64,000 nucleotides of DNA from Glycera tridactyla (Eukaryota). The DNA lies in contig OZ286476.1 in NCBI GenBank assembly GCA_965644265.1, positions 31,372,001 to 31,436,000 on the forward strand. The letters run 5' to 3'. Both the position numbers and the translations under genes were made by a program. The notes under the pieces were generated by a model that was given only the letters and a program-made list of their open reading frames with translations, searched no databases and had not been told where the DNA came from. Position 1 is the first letter of the stretch, and each line of letters opens with the position of its first letter. This document shows, one piece after another, positions 1 through 15,000 of this stretch.

Positions 1-3000
1 TACTGGAATTTTGAGATTTGCACTCTGGAACTCATACCTATGTTCTGGAGATCAGCAAAAACCTAATGATTTCACTCATTTTTGCTGATTGACAGTGCAC
101 ACTGTAGACATCAATGGTTCTGATAGATCTCAAAATGACCACCAAGATGTGATCATGAAAAATCGTGATCACCATCATAATGGAGAATTTTAGAAAACTC
201 AGTGGTTCAGACGTACTACCTCTAGTCGCTGATGCTGCACATCACCATGAATTATGAGGCAGTCACTTCAAAAACCATTAATTTATTTGTTTTGCGTGTT
301 ATGGAAATTCTTCATGCTGTACTGGAAATGTTCTGGAAAAACTCTGGAATTTTTTCGTAAGAACCTTGTATGAACCATGTCTAGAGCTATCTGAAATGAA
401 CACACTAAAGCGATGTGTTCAATCATGCCACTAAATTTGGTGGTCGACGAAAGTGAGAATGGGTACTTGCCCAAAGGCCAAGTAGACCCAAGTGGTACTT
501 GCCCGAATCTCATATGCACTTGCCTGGATATCAAGGGGTGAAAGATTACAAAGTGAACATTTAGTTTGAGCCCGAATATACCACGTTGTATTATCCCAAC
601 ATACCAAATCGGCATATATTGTGCTCTCTTCACCACATTATAGTTCAATTTGGTTTGCTGGAGTCATGAAATGGGCCCCAGCTGCCAGCTCACCCTGAAT
701 ACACCTTGTTTACATGCTTGCCCGTAGGACAAGCTGTAAAGACAGGAACTTGCCCGACAGAGTGCATGCACTCATCCGGGACGATAGGGCATGGGTTTTG
801 TCGAACACTGACCAGCTAAGTTCTACTATTTATGCACAATCTGGAAACTTTTATGGGCATTTTCCTATGATGGATACTGTGTCTTTAAGATCACACCTCT
901 CCAAATAAAGGATGCCAGTCTTGCAAGCGGCCTTCTAACCACGGTTGCCTTGGGTCTGGCGTTTTTTCCCGCTGAAATTGGCGAATTGATGGTGATATCC
1001 TGCGCTGCTTTCTTTGCTTTGCGTGGATCACTTACATTGCTCAGTATGTGTCTACTTTTCCTGAGAATGGCTCTGAAGATCCAGGATTGCCAGCTCCTGA
1101 TGAATTCTGGCTGTCCATTGTGTTGAGTCCCCAGTGATGAAATTCTTCTGGAAATTTCCTGAATTCCAGAGATGACCTATTATCGATGTTCTCGGGGGGA
1201 AATCATATGTCGAGTGGGTATCGTGCGAGAACCGAACGTCCAGTGCCCGAAACTGTGTTGAGGACATTTAGTTATGAACGTCCAGAGCCAGAAAATAGCA
1301 CATTATTATATATGCCATGAGACCACCTCTCTTGAGAGACCGCTTGTGGTTGGTCATACTTCCATGTTGATAAGACGGGTCATGTGATGTAACTGACCAA
1401 AATGAAAACTTCAACATAACTTGGATGGATATACAGTTTATTGTATTCAATTCAACAGAAAACATAAAGTGGAATAACCAACAGGCTTTGGTGATGATGA
1501 ACAAATATACAGATAAGGAACGAACATTACATAAATGAACCCGATCAAATTTTAATGTTTGATGGATTTTGTTTGAGGTTTAACGGCATGTATATGTATG
1601 CCATGTATTCCTGGTTAATGAAAGCTAGATGTTCTCTCCCCTGCAGATATTTAATGGATGTTCACTCAGCTTACACTACAATCACAGTCAATCAACATGG
1701 ATTAAACAAGAGGCGCAATAAATTACCGATCCTGCGATACACGGAGATGTCTGACTTAGTTGATCGATCATCGTAATAGAACTGCGATACACGGAGATGT
1801 ACGTCTCAGTCGATTGATCATCATGATGGACACTAAAAGCGATATTTGCTGTGTTTTCTCCGTGGTTGATATCAAGATGAAATTCTTCAATTCACCCATG
1901 AATTCAATTTAGTCAGAAATGAGTCAATGCTTCTATCATCAAGAACTCAATAGAGGACATAAAATAGACTAATAAACAGCCTCCAGTGATATTTCATGTG
2001 TGAGAAATTGAGAGTGAATGAAAAGAAATGGCGCTTCCAGTTGCGTGGGTTTCTTGGTCCACAAAATCTTGGTGAAAAGCGCCTCCGGTCAGGTTTTCGG
2101 GGGTTTTGGCTGTGAATCAATCACATCCCTGTATCCCAGTTCTCAATAAAGGAAATCCAGATTGTCCAGTCTTAGCTACCAATCTTTTTCGATACACTAA
2201 GATGAAGAATACTCTGTAGGGGATTTGGCGATTTATTTCTTTGTTCGCTGATCTAAACACCCTACAATAAAAGAGATGGAAAAATGGGTCCGATGTGCCA
2301 GGAAAATGTTAATTAGCGGAGATTAAAATTGTTTCCATAATTTCAGTAGTGTATAAAAACTATGATTCCTGAATTGAAGAATTTCATCTGCTTGAAGTTG
2401 ACCAGTGTATTGAACTGTAACATTTGCTATAAGTACAGCAAAAGATATCTTATAATTGATGACACAAATGGATGACGTAAATACCAGCAATGTCATTTAC
2501 AATGATCATATATTTATATATACAAGATATAATACATATGTACATGTTAGAATAGGATATGACCAAATTCCTATGCGATAAACCTCAATATGTTACTATG
2601 TTGCCATGATTCGGTGTCAGTTGAAATAAAATTGATTGATTAACTCATTCCTGTCTGCCTTGATTTTATGGTAGTGCTAAGCTTTCAAACCAGTAATACT
2701 GACTGCTCGTGTATGCCGGAAAAAAAAAGTTGAAATAAAGTTTATTTGATGAATTAACAGTGATGGCAATTTTCCGAAAATTTTCGGAATTCTGAAAATT
2801 GGGTGAAAAATTGGAGTTGGAAATTGGCTGAAATCTGGTTGAAATACTTTTGAGAGAATGTTTGGGTAATTTCAAAAAACTTATTCATATTTCCGAAAAT
2901 TCTGCATCATCTCATTGACATCACTGACTATTGGCACTTTCACCCATGGAATATTGTGAATGATATCATACATTTTTGAAATATCCCACAAGTATGGCCA

Positions 3001-3311
3001 TAGATACCTGTAGCTTTGGTACCTTACAGGAATGTGATTGTTTTTCAAGTAATTTGGCCTGCCCACCAGAAAAATCAACCTTCCCTGGGTATGTAGGTAG
3101 CTATCTCTTGTTGACCAGTATAACATATTCCGGAGAGGTCCTCTGACACTCAAATTCAGCTATATCCGTTTTTGCTATATACTCCTCCCTGTAAAGTATG
3201 AGCATGAGCATTTCTACTAAAGATTTTTGGTGTCGGTGAACCATACAAATAAAATTTTGAGGACACATTCCAGAGCTGCAGATTTTCTGAGGCGAGTTGG
3301 TTTGTTTGTTT

Positions 3312-3540
3312 GAGATTTAAAAGTAGGTATCAACCCTAGGGTCATGTATGCCATGCCGTGTGTTCCTGGTTGATGAAAGCTAGATGTTCTCTCCCCTGCA
3401 GACATCTCTCTCACAAACCCTGAACACAGGATGATGGGGGGGGGACCTGAAGGGTTGTCAAGTGGAAGTTGCCGACAGTTCAGATGCAACTCTACCTACT
3501 CGACATAAACATAATAAACCTATTGGATGGCATATCAAAC
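3312..3540 (-). mobile_element. SINE-like retroposon, family S
   Basis: ~200-270 bp dispersed repeat (core gttctctcccctgcagacatcactctcacaaaccctgaacac on +) ending on the minus strand in ...TTAAA-N4-(CAAA)n. Other copies at ~1575, 3766, 9077, 21346, 23072, 36249, 38560, 51294. Confidence 0.65.
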
Positions 3541-5044
3541 CTATGAACTTGAAATGGGTCATATTTGAAAATTGATGGGCCAGCTCTTATTTATCAATTG
3601 GTTAATAGAGATAAAAATGCTGGGCCATAGGACCCATAGTAGGAGTTATTGAGGGGCCAAAAGGGCGAAAATGTGGGCCAATGGCCCAGGCCCACCATTA
3701 ATCCAAAGCTCTGACACTCCGACTGATCTTGAGGTACAAATTACCGCAGTGCATTTCTTTTCTTTGAGGTTTAACGTCATGTATCAACCCTTGGGTTATA
3801 TATGCCGTGTGTTCCGGGTTAATGAAAGCTTGATGTTCTCTCCCCTGCAGAAATCACTCACAAACCCTGAACAAAGTGCATTGGTGTGGATGAAGGTTAA
3901 GGACTCAAATATAATATATACAACAATCACAGTTTAACAAAATTACAATGTTGGTGAGTTTCATGAGTGAATGATATCAACTAGTACAACCCTCATCATT
4001 GTATACTTAACTGTGCGGATGCTCGAAGGAGTTTTACATTCCAGTATTTAAAATTAAAAGAACAGGGATTGCAAACAGAGAATATATATGTGAGATCCAT
4101 CAGGTATATATATATATAATCATGTATATACATGTACATTTATATATCATACACATATGATAATAGATGATAGATCAGAATACAACAAAACACCCTAGGG
4201 TCAAGTTCCATCGCAAACTTTGCCCTGATGATAGAAATAAAATGAAAACTATACAGTGAGATAAATGAGCATGCTTGAAATGGAGATGGGTTTATCGGAC
4301 ACATAGACAAATATTTGTCTACAGTATCTTGAAAACCTCTATCAAAAGACCATGTTCTGAGTGGGTGCTGTATCTTGGCACGTCATCCCCCGATTTCACC
4401 TCCAAATGTCGGAATTTAGTTGATATCTAGTTTTGTTGACCCCGAAGTTTTGCTCTGGCTATATGCAGCCAGTTGCAAATATCGCCGTAAAATATCAAAG
4501 ATAAACGACAATTCAAACATGGAGAGAAGGCAATTGACCCTGTGTTTGCTTCATTTTCAGCAACACAATTAGAGACAAGTGAAGTGATAAATCAAGGACG
4601 ACCGTGAAAATCTGCGTCAGCATCAGTCATCGCCTGGTGAAATTCAGTCTCGCTTTTTGGTCAACCCTCTTGTTTCCGGCTTGAATTAGGGTGAAAAAAA
4701 AAATTACCTATGCCAGTATATGCATTATGGGCAGTTCAATGATATTGATAGTAACCAAGTAAATTTCGGAAATCACATATTCCACGACACAGGAACACTA
4801 CCCAATATCTTATTCGATGTGAGCATTCACCATGGTAATGGAGATGAGAAAACATTATGATACCTAACAATGGTGGATGATCTACGATGAAAATGTCTCA
4901 CTTCATTGTTCATTTCATGTATCCTATTGATTGATTGAGTAATTAATAACATCCCATCAACTCAAGTTGGATTATTAGTATATATGAGACTCTTAAGATG
5001 AGTATGCAAGGTATCTCATACAAATGATACTGTAGCAAGAAGCC

Positions 5045-5600
5045 ATGATTATTGGATAAACTCATCATATCCAATGGTTATTGTAGCAACTCACTCTATC
5101 CCACGGTTATCAAATCAAACTCTATATCCCATGGTTGTTGGATTAACTCAACATATCCCATGGCATCTACCAATTCACTCTATCCCATGGTTATTGGTTG
5201 GGTTGTGGTGTTTGTTTCAACCATGTGTGCTTGGTTAACTCATCATATCCCATGGTCATTGTATTACCGTAACTCACAGTATCATATGGTCATTGGATCA
5301 ACTCCGCATGTCTAATGGTTATTGGATAAACTCATTATATTGCATGATCATTGGATCAACTCATCATATCCATGGTTATTGAATATACGTGCAATATCCC
5401 ATGTCACTGAATTAACTCACTCTATTCCAGGGTTATTGAATAAACTCAACACATCCCGTGGATTTTAGATAAACTTGCAATATCCCATGGTCATAGAATT
5501 AAGTCCCAGGTCATTGCCTGAACTCACCATGATTATTGGGTTAATTATCATATCTCATGGTTCTGGTATTGACCCATTCTATCCAAGCGTCATTGGAATA
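5045..5600. repeat. Degenerate short-period tandem repeat
   Basis: Recurrent ccatggttattggat..actca..atatc units. Confidence 0.7.
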
Positions 5601-8106
5601 ACTCAAAATATCCCCTTGGGGTTTCATGAGGCCAACAGCTAAGTAAAATCCAAAGGTGAAGCCTCCAAATAAGATAATATCAGCTTTCACCACCACCTTC
5701 CATTCTTTCTTCATTATCTCAGATCAAGTTCTTGAACTGGTCAGACCAATTGAATCCATGTCTTTGGTGAGCTGAGGTGAAATAAAGAAGTGAACCTCTT
5801 TACGATCACATTCCTAGCCGCCGTAGATGTCAATAATGTCTGTCGGCGAGTCTCATTTCATGCTGTAGGGAATTTGCAATGCTAGGGTGTAAAACCCACC
5901 CGTCACGATTTCAGTAACACCGATGCCATCCATTATGATTTTGGAGTTCCAGCTACTGGTTTTTTTTTTTGGCCAAAATTCTCGATTTTCATGACTGATG
6001 CTATTCGAGATAGGCACCCATACTATCTTTGTCCATCAAAAGTTGGCATCCATGTAGTAATATTTCCTCTTTATTAAAGAGGAATCTTTCAAGGAGATGA
6101 ATTGGGGTACACATTCGTCTCACTGGATATGCCTCTTTATGGGGTAATTGTATACAATGAAAGAAATAAAGAAATATACGCATGACATGGAAAATTTGAC
6201 GAGTACCGGTATACCAAGGTATCACACACTCGGACGTATACCCACTTATTCAGATGAACAGATGCATGCATGCAACCACAAAATCCACTCATGAATTGTA
6301 TGACTTGGTAACTAACAAATATACCACAGTATTACACATACATAACCATACTGATGGACCGACGCACGCATGCATTCACATCAAACACACACAAGCATGC
6401 ACACATACACATACATACGGAAACATCACAATATGTACAAAAATATGCATCAAGCTGTGTAGATCAGCCCGCGCGTAAACATGGAATAACTCCCCGTTCA
6501 TTTTTCATGATGATATCACATCGTGTGATGGGTGCCATCACATAAAAACAAATTATATCTTGAGTGCATGTGTAAGCAAAGTTTCATCTAGCACACTGTG
6601 CTGCTAATGCCGCGGCACACAGTGCCGCAGGCTCACCCTAACTTTGATGCTCTGACTTGAGTCGCCATTTCGGCCTACATGCTAAAAACACCCAAACCCA
6701 GCATTAGAATCTGTTCCCTACACAAGACCTGCATTAAAAGGCTGGAAATTAACCTAGTTTTCTCACATCTGCTGGTCAATTCAATAGGCATCCTCAATTC
6801 ACTCATCTTCTTTTGACAAAATTGAATGAAGTATGAGCATTTTGAACTTGTGCTATGTATTACATGCACACCATTGTGGCCAAGTAAGTAAGAGTTGTTT
6901 CTCTTGTGAAATTACCTCTCCTTTTCAACATTATTCTTCATCAAAGCATGGTAACCCAGAGATGCCAACTGCTACGATTTTGGAGTAGCAGCTACTCTTT
7001 TTAGGCCAAAATTCTTGTATTTTACGGGTGATGCTACTCTGAGAAATCAGGATATTTCCCATCATTTGATTGCAAATACTAGTGCTGTTACTCTTTGAAA
7101 TTGGCACTGCTACTATTTTCGACCATCAGAGGTTGGCATCTATGGTAACCCACACTGACTCAGTATTCGTTACAAGTATTCATTACAAGCACTTTTTCAT
7201 TCCTTCCTCCTGAAATCACCTCGCTAAAACATCCAGTGCATTTGATGAGAGTGACGGAGGGGAACAGTTAGTCTTTATGACCTTGCTCACTCCAAGTTTG
7301 ATAAAATTTCAAATCTCATTCAACACTCTCTGAAATGAATTCTTTGAAATGTCATGCACATTTAAGAATCATTATTTCATTATTTGTGCTAAAATTCCCA
7401 CTGTAAAATCACCATGAGCATGCTATAAACATCACTGGATTTGAATCACTCTGGAGTTGTCTTTTAAAAACATCACACGAAATACCTTTCGAATATTACT
7501 CCTTTCAAACATCACACGTATTCAATGAGCATTTACTTTGAACTCTTTTCTAAATCACTTCTGTTAAAAACATCATGTGCATTGGACAAGCAATATTTCA
7601 CTGAACTCTTTCTAAAAATGTGCCTTTGAAATATCATGTGCATTCATTCAAATTGAACAATGATCTGTGTGAGAAGTGCAGCTTTTGGCAAATTATTATC
7701 TCAACAGGTTCAAGAAATATTTTTGCCAAACATTCTCAACAATAAATATCAGTATATGCAATGTTCAATTTATGAGTTGGGTTTGAATAGGCTGGCGAGG
7801 GCTGGGTTGCATCTGGGAATTCCAAAATTAGGGGCATTCACTTCTCTAAATTCAAGAAAATGGGAACATTTCTTCCCAGAATTTCCTGAAGTTGGTTCGG
7901 TCATATTTGAAAAGTACAACCATCTTGTTGATTTATGCGGCTGGGCCCGGACTTGAGGAAATGCCAGAAATGCCCCAATACCCCTGCCAGAATATAAAAC
8001 AGCCAAGCAACCATCCACCTTTACGGATGCAACTGTGCGAAGGACAGCATTCCCATGCAATTTGGAAGTACCAAAGACAGAAATGATGAATACATGTGTA
8101 TCGCTG

Positions 8107-8462
8107 TGTTGGCGCTAGCCAACAGCCAAGTTAGCCAGAGGCTAAAGACTTTGACATCTGGCTAAAAAAATTGACAAGACTTTAGCCATACTAGCTAAAG
8201 GAATTCAGGTTGGAGCATAAAGAAATGGGGATTCTGTCCTCTCATATAGCTCATTAAGATATGATAAATCTGTTTTCCATAATATTTTGGAGACGGAAAA
8301 CAGGTATGTCATGACTGGAACCTGATACATGAGTTTAAAATGAAAGTGAATGCAAAATTGAAATAAAATTACACTGCTTTTGGCTAAAGCATGAGATTGA
8401 TTGATAGTATAAATGCTGCTTTTGCCAAATTTGCTATACAAAATTCAGTTCTAGCGCCAACA
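8107..8462. mobile_element. Putative MITE
   Basis: 12-bp inverted ends tgttggcgctag / ctagcgccaaca; no clear TSD. Confidence 0.45.
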
Positions 8463-8905
8463 TGGTAACGCCTGACTTGATGGCCTTATTTCGGAGCTCC
8501 ATGCTATCACGTATGTATATCTATCCTCGATATTTGAAGCCACTGCCATACGTATTCCCTGCAGTGGCTAATTTTGGAGGCTCGTACATATGGCAATGCT
8601 ACGAACATCCAAGTATTTTTTCCACCATGCCATGTTCATGCATGCTGCATAGGATATTAACGATACATGTTGAATTTTGTTAAATGGGCAGTTGAATCAG
8701 TGTTTACTGAAATCCATAGCCACGAAAAATTTTCATCTTGTAATGAAGACCAAGGGCAAAGATGTTCATCCTTTGATATTCAATATTTTTAGAGAGGTAG
8801 CAAATGTCGATGATTATTCCGGTAGGTATGTCACAAGGTATCGATTCTCTTGAGATACGAGTGCTGCCATCTTTTGTGTGTCCGCGTCATGATCTTAGTC
8901 GCTAT

Positions 8906-9046
8906 CTACTGCGCAACACCGTCATTCTTAACGATGCGTGGTTCGCCGCCGTCCCAACAGACATCCTTCAAGTAGCGCGTCATCAAGCGATACATGTGTC
9001 GACTCGTCTGCGTCCCCGAGATGGCATGATTTTTGTCACCATAGAT
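8906..9046 (-). CDS. DPP terminal coding exon ([13 protein letters not shown]...GVAQ*), catalytic His
   Basis: Acceptor ttttatgctgcag; 46 aa plus TAG at 8906-8908; KNH matches the DPP4 EDH His motif. Confidence 0.93.
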   Translation of the reverse strand: MYGDKNHAISGTQTSRHMYRLMTRYLKDVCWDGGEPRIVKNDGVAQ

Positions 9047-12000
9047 CTGCAGCATAAAAATATACAATTTTTTTTGGAGGTTTATCAACCCACAGGATTA
9101 TTTATGCTGTCTGTTCCTAGTTAATGAAAGCAAGATGTTCTCTCCCCTGCAGACATCACTCTCACAAACCCTGAACACGAGATGATGGGGAACCTGAAAG
9201 GTTGTCAAGTGGAAGTAGCTGACAGTTCAAACACACCTCTACCTAATCTGAAGATATACATAATAAACCTATGATGGCATATCTAACTATATAGCTGGCT
9301 GGAAGCTAACACCCAAGCCTGATAGCATTGCATTTTTTTTAAATATACAAACGATATAACATCAATATACTGTTTTCAGTAGGATGTGCGTGCCCTACAA
9401 CTGTAACAGCATGTAAGCATTGCATATGTCTTTACTTTCACTTCTCCTGTTCACAAATCTGTTGTAATCGAGGATCTCCCTACTAGACAAAGTTCATGGG
9501 CCTTCTCAGCACATTTGTGCAATTTAAATGTGCCATCTTACAGTTGTATGTGTCAGTGTTGGATCCAGAAATTTTTGAAAGGGAGGCACCCATGTGGAAA
9601 AGAGGGGTGGAAACAAAAATAATCAAAAAGTTATGGTCACCCGCAGAATCCCCACTGTCTCGAGTGATTAAACCCAATCCNNNNNNNNNNNNNNNNNNNN
9701 NNNNNNNNNNNNNNNNNNNNNNNNNNNNNNNNNNNNNNNNNNNNNNNNNNNNNNNNNNNNNNNNNNNNNNNNNNNNNNNNNNNNNNNNNNNNNNNNNNNN
9801 NNNNNNNNNNNNNNNNNNNNNNNNNNNNNNNNNNNNGGGGGGGGGCAAATAGGAAGTGAGGGGAGAGACAGACGAGCAGACAGACAGACAAGAAAGACAA
9901 ACCTGTATTCGGTAGTCCACATCAGCTTGAGTGAGAGCCTTGATATACTGGGCTGTGTTCTGGAAGTGGACGTTATCGTCAGCTGTCCCGTGGATCAACA
10001 ACATGTTCTTCCCTTTCAAATAATTCACTTTTGCTGACACATTGGCATTCTGCAAAAAAAATCAACAAATATTTGAATATATCACCCTATAATAGACATT
10101 ATATTGCATAGATCTTCCAATAATCTTCGAATTTGGTCTCCATTGATCCTGCCGATTGCCATGTGAATAGAAAACATAACAAGGCAACCCTGTTCAGCCA
10201 GCACGGTCAGTTCGGTTCAGTTCAGCGGCTATTTCCGTAACTACTGGACATCAACACCCGAAGGTGGAATGAGCCTCCATCCCCCTACCCACTCATGTCC
10301 TTTCTCACTATGTACTGTTAACTCATACTCACTGGCCACTCCGCATGTCTCAAGTGCCAGGGCGAGTTCAGGTTACACTCTGCTAAATACATTTCACATG
10401 CAATCTATAGGATAGTGTGTGCTTCTGGTGAAGGTTTGTTTCAATCTTTCGGCATTCATTCAGAGAAACCGCTGAAATTATTGGCTGAACATTGCGCAAG
10501 AAGCAATCGATATATGGCCACTGCCTCATGAGTCATCATCTTTGGTGAACAGAATGGAATGTACAACAGATTCCTTGTCGTTGGAGACACCTACAAAGTC
10601 TCTCAGTAAGATTAACTCGAATTTGACACAAACTTGTGATGCTAATCACCATTGTGAAAATCATCCTCATCACCTTTGGATCTGATAGATTTAACCCAGC
10701 TTGAAACATAATTTGCATGGTTCAGTGACAACCTATATCAACGCTGCAACTCAGGCTGTGGCATTACTCATCCTCGGTTCATTAAAGTCGGGTATTCATG
10801 ATAATTGATAAATCCATTCACTCACATCATAACCGCGGTAGTTGTCGGTCACTAATCCCATGTATCGCTCCGTGTAGACGGTGTCGTAGTATCGCCAGTC
10901 AGTGACGGGAGCAACGGCGACGCCACACCGATATATCGGGTTATCTTCATCGCTAATGGCATGGATCGATACAAATCCACCATACGACTGAAAACAAGAG
11001 CAATGAAAGGGTCAACATAGGAATTCAGTAAACATCATGTTATTGAAAAATCGAGTGGATCAAGCATTGGGAAAAGCAAATAGTTTAGTCAGTAGTGCCA
11101 ATTTTCCAAAAAATATTTGGAAATCCGAAAATCCGGTGAAAAATATTAATTTCAAGAATGGCTAAAATCTGGTTGGCAGTTTCAGAACAAATACTCATGA
11201 TGATATTTGGGGGGTAATTTCAGAAAATGGTTCAATATTTCCTAAAATTGACAACACTGTTTAGTGGTCCCTTTCCCGTCCAGTATACTGCTAATAAACC
11301 ATGAGATCCTACACAAGTCATGTGATGCAGCTTCTGACAATACTTTTCAACCATACTGTCATCACCATGAAAGATCTGCAGTGTGTTTCATGACAAAATC
11401 TTCACCATCCAAGGATTTCCAAGATGGCTTACTGATCCTTTCAGGGATTCACTCATGAGTCACATTACCGGCCTGATCTGATCCAGTTTGACAAGAATAC
11501 CTGCAGGTATGATGGTTCTGGTGTCAATCGATTGCATATGAGGTCTTTGAAATCTATGGCACCTCTCATGTATCTTGTTGAGAAGAGAAATAGGACTGAG
11601 GTAGAGAAGTAGGGGTAGTAATCGAACCATAGTGAAGGTATTTTATTTCACCTCAAATGACATCTGAGGCAAATGACTCCTTGAGCCAGTCATGAGGTCA
11701 CATTTGGATCAAGTTTAAAACTTTCAACAATTTGGTAATTTTTTTTTCAGATTGTTTACTTATCATTGAAAGTTTCACTCAATGCTTTTATTCAGACCTA
11801 ATCACTAATAGCTTCATAATCCACTCGCTCTAAACACTCACAAGAACAAGTTACAAACGAGAGGGATGAGAAGATTGACTTACCCATCCCCAAATGGCAA
11901 TACGTTCCTTGTCTATGTAAGGCCTAGTATCAGACAAGTATCTGAAATAGGAACAGAAATGATATGTTATTCAATCGCTGATTGATAGCCCGAGCAGAGT

Positions 12001-15000
12001 CACATTAGAAACTGTACATTCATGATAATATAATACATTCTGGCAGTTCCTTTTCATCATAAAGCTTTATCATGCAATTACAGGTGAACCCATCTATGAA
12101 GACCACAATTTGGTTGCCTGAAAGATAATATAATATCACGGTCAGTGCTCATGATTTCCGCCTGATGCGTGTAATGCATTGCAGCCATACATTCTAGTAA
12201 ACCTAGACCAAGCCCAAGACACCTAGAACTTATGTGACTGGTACCTGTTGAAAAGAAAGTGTGCTTTCGAAGCTTCACCAGCCTTCCCGCATATATCATA
12301 AACAAAATAACGGATATATATCTGATTCAATTACCTGCCCTAACAAACCCCAGTGCATGCTCACCGGGGTAACAAAGGTCAGTCTTGTGGAGTCTACCTA
12401 TATGCATGTGAAAGAACCACACTGCTTTCCTTCACCAAGAGTAGGGGATTGCCTCCAGCTGCGGTGCCTCCTTTCTTCGGCATTTTCAGTCAATGAGATT
12501 GAAAGGAAACAAACACCGACCTGTCCTAACAATAAATCTGCATGATTCTGCCAGTAGAGCAGGTGACAGCTTAGAACCCTGCTGTATCCCAAGGAAACTT
12601 AATCAAACTCAACCAAGCATGCAAAATCCCGCAAATTTGCGGAAGATTTCTACTTACTGAGCACCGGCTATTTGGTCCTGCACCTCCAGCGTCCCGAGCT
12701 TTTTGTAGATGGCGTGAAGGAAGCGGTCGCCACGGCCGCCGGAACCACGACCGTCGATTGAAGCATAGATAACGTTCTCACCACTTGTCAGGTACATCGG
12801 CCATCCCATCTGGAACTGATCGGTTACCTGCTGTGTGCCTGGACCACCATACCTGCAAGAAAATATGAGAGAGATGACCACACACTCAATTAGCACCGTC
12901 ATCACCCCAGCAGAAACATCAACTGCCAGGGCAACAGGACAGTGTACTGGTCAACAGTGAGATAAAAGGTTTCAGGCTCTGGAATATATTAAGAGTTTCA
13001 GATGTTCTGAGCAGTGAGTGGGCCCATATGGCCAGCTAACTTGAAATATTAGGGGTCATAAAGAAACATTGATAGGCCATCTGCTGTTCATTGGCTGGGT
13101 CAATGGACCCATAATGGAAGATATTGATGGGCTAAAAGGGCAAGAATGTGGGCAAATGGCCTCAGACTACCTAAAATTTGAAGGTCTGTAGACCATCTGG
13201 AGAAAAAGAAACCTGCCAATCCAACTAGGATTTAAGGAATCTTGACCTATGCCTAGCTCCATCTACAGCTTTGTGTATTCAAATTGAATGGACAACATCC
13301 CTGAAAAGTAGTATCAGCTTGCAGAGGGTGATGTATGGACATTTACTGTGAAGTTTAATGTGAATTTCATTCGGAGGTGTGAAACCCTGGGGGAACAGAA
13401 GTTAAACAGTGGGCATCTTGTCAGCATGGCCCGACAGGACAGACAGAAGAGAGACAGATAGACAGACAAAAGATAAAACAGACAGATTGGGGGATGGATG
13501 AATGGACGGACGGACAGGCGGAAGGAGGGACAGCCCAACAGACAGACAGACAGACAGACACACAAGGGAGAGACAGACAAGAGAGGGAGTAAGTTAGATA
13601 GATAGATAAATAGATAGACAAACAGACAGACAAGAGAGAGAGAGAGAGCCACACTTGTCAGCACTGAAAGTAGGCGATGAAGAGTTTTGGAGAATACTCA
13701 TTGATTAATACTCTAGCAGCTAGAAGAATGAAAAAGATTCTTAATGAAAAAAACCTATTCATTGCCATGAGAACCAATATATAATAGAATGAGTTACTTA
13801 CGTGTGAACAAGTAATGGATACTGTACAACATGCTGCTCATTCAGTATGGGTGGCAGGAAAATTGTTCCCCACACAACTGCGGATGAAAACACAAAAATA
13901 AGTAATTAGTGACAACAGAGATTTTGTGTAAAGATCATGTTCGAATTACTCACAGCAAGTTTTCGGAGCAAGAAGCTTTCAGATTTTTCTTCTGGAATCT
14001 TTCATCAGCTCATGGCTACTGCGTTGCTGCTTCGTCACATGACCACATAGTCGGGGGAGGATCACGTGACAACAGAGATATTCCAGGTTATATCTCTCAT
14101 GTGACTGTTAGTTGCAATCCAGAGCTATCTTTGTGCCCCTAGTCAAATTTATTTGCACCAGAAGTGAAAACTCATGTATTACAGAATGTTTACTGAATGA
14201 AAACTTAGCCCAGATAAGCTTGTATCAACTAGAAAAAAAACTCACAATGGGGTCTCAGCCCAATAGAAGGAATGACTCAGGCCCAAATATCTCAGAAAGT
14301 GCAAACAAGAATATTCCAATCAAACTTCAGGACAAGGGGGTAGGGGCTGATTCAAGGAAGAAAAACATGAAGTATAACACAGATTTCAATAAAATGCTCC
14401 ATCACAAACAAAAATCCCTAATTGGACCCAGGCAATCTGCTAATTTTACAGAATTTGCTTCCTGACCGCTATATTGTTTAATAAACAACTATTGACTTTA
14501 TCGACTATACAATACATGACTTACCATCTCCATCCACCTCCACCTGGAAGAACTCCTTTCTAGGCATGGCTTTCTTCTCTAGTTTGGCTTTGAGTTCTGC
14601 GTTATCCTCCATCACGAGATCTGCAAACAGCAAGTTCACAATGCTAATACTTGGATGAACAGCTTATGTGATGATGATCAGTTGATGAATTGAGAATAAT
14701 CAATGCAGTCTCCACAAAAAAAGGATCAGCCACTCTCCCATCTGGAGAGCAGATTGTGAAAATCAGTCTCCTGAGAATAAATTCTATCTCCCGTTTATTC
14801 TTGCAAAAAGAAAAACAATTCTTTGCAGGGATGGAGACGGCTTCCATCGGCCTAGTACCTCATAATTTCTTGTGGTACTTCCTGGGAAACCCCCAAATCA
14901 TCGCCATGAGAACGTATGCGGATGGCGCAAATGTAGACTTGCTCACATTATTGGAGACAGGGGTGGTCATCGCGGATTTCTCAAGCAGAACGTGTAGAAT

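Noticed and set aside
865-1260. Open frames on both strands with a possible acceptor (1044, +) and donor (1035, -)
   Set aside because: No recognisable homology and no linked exons; it cannot be called a gene from sequence alone.
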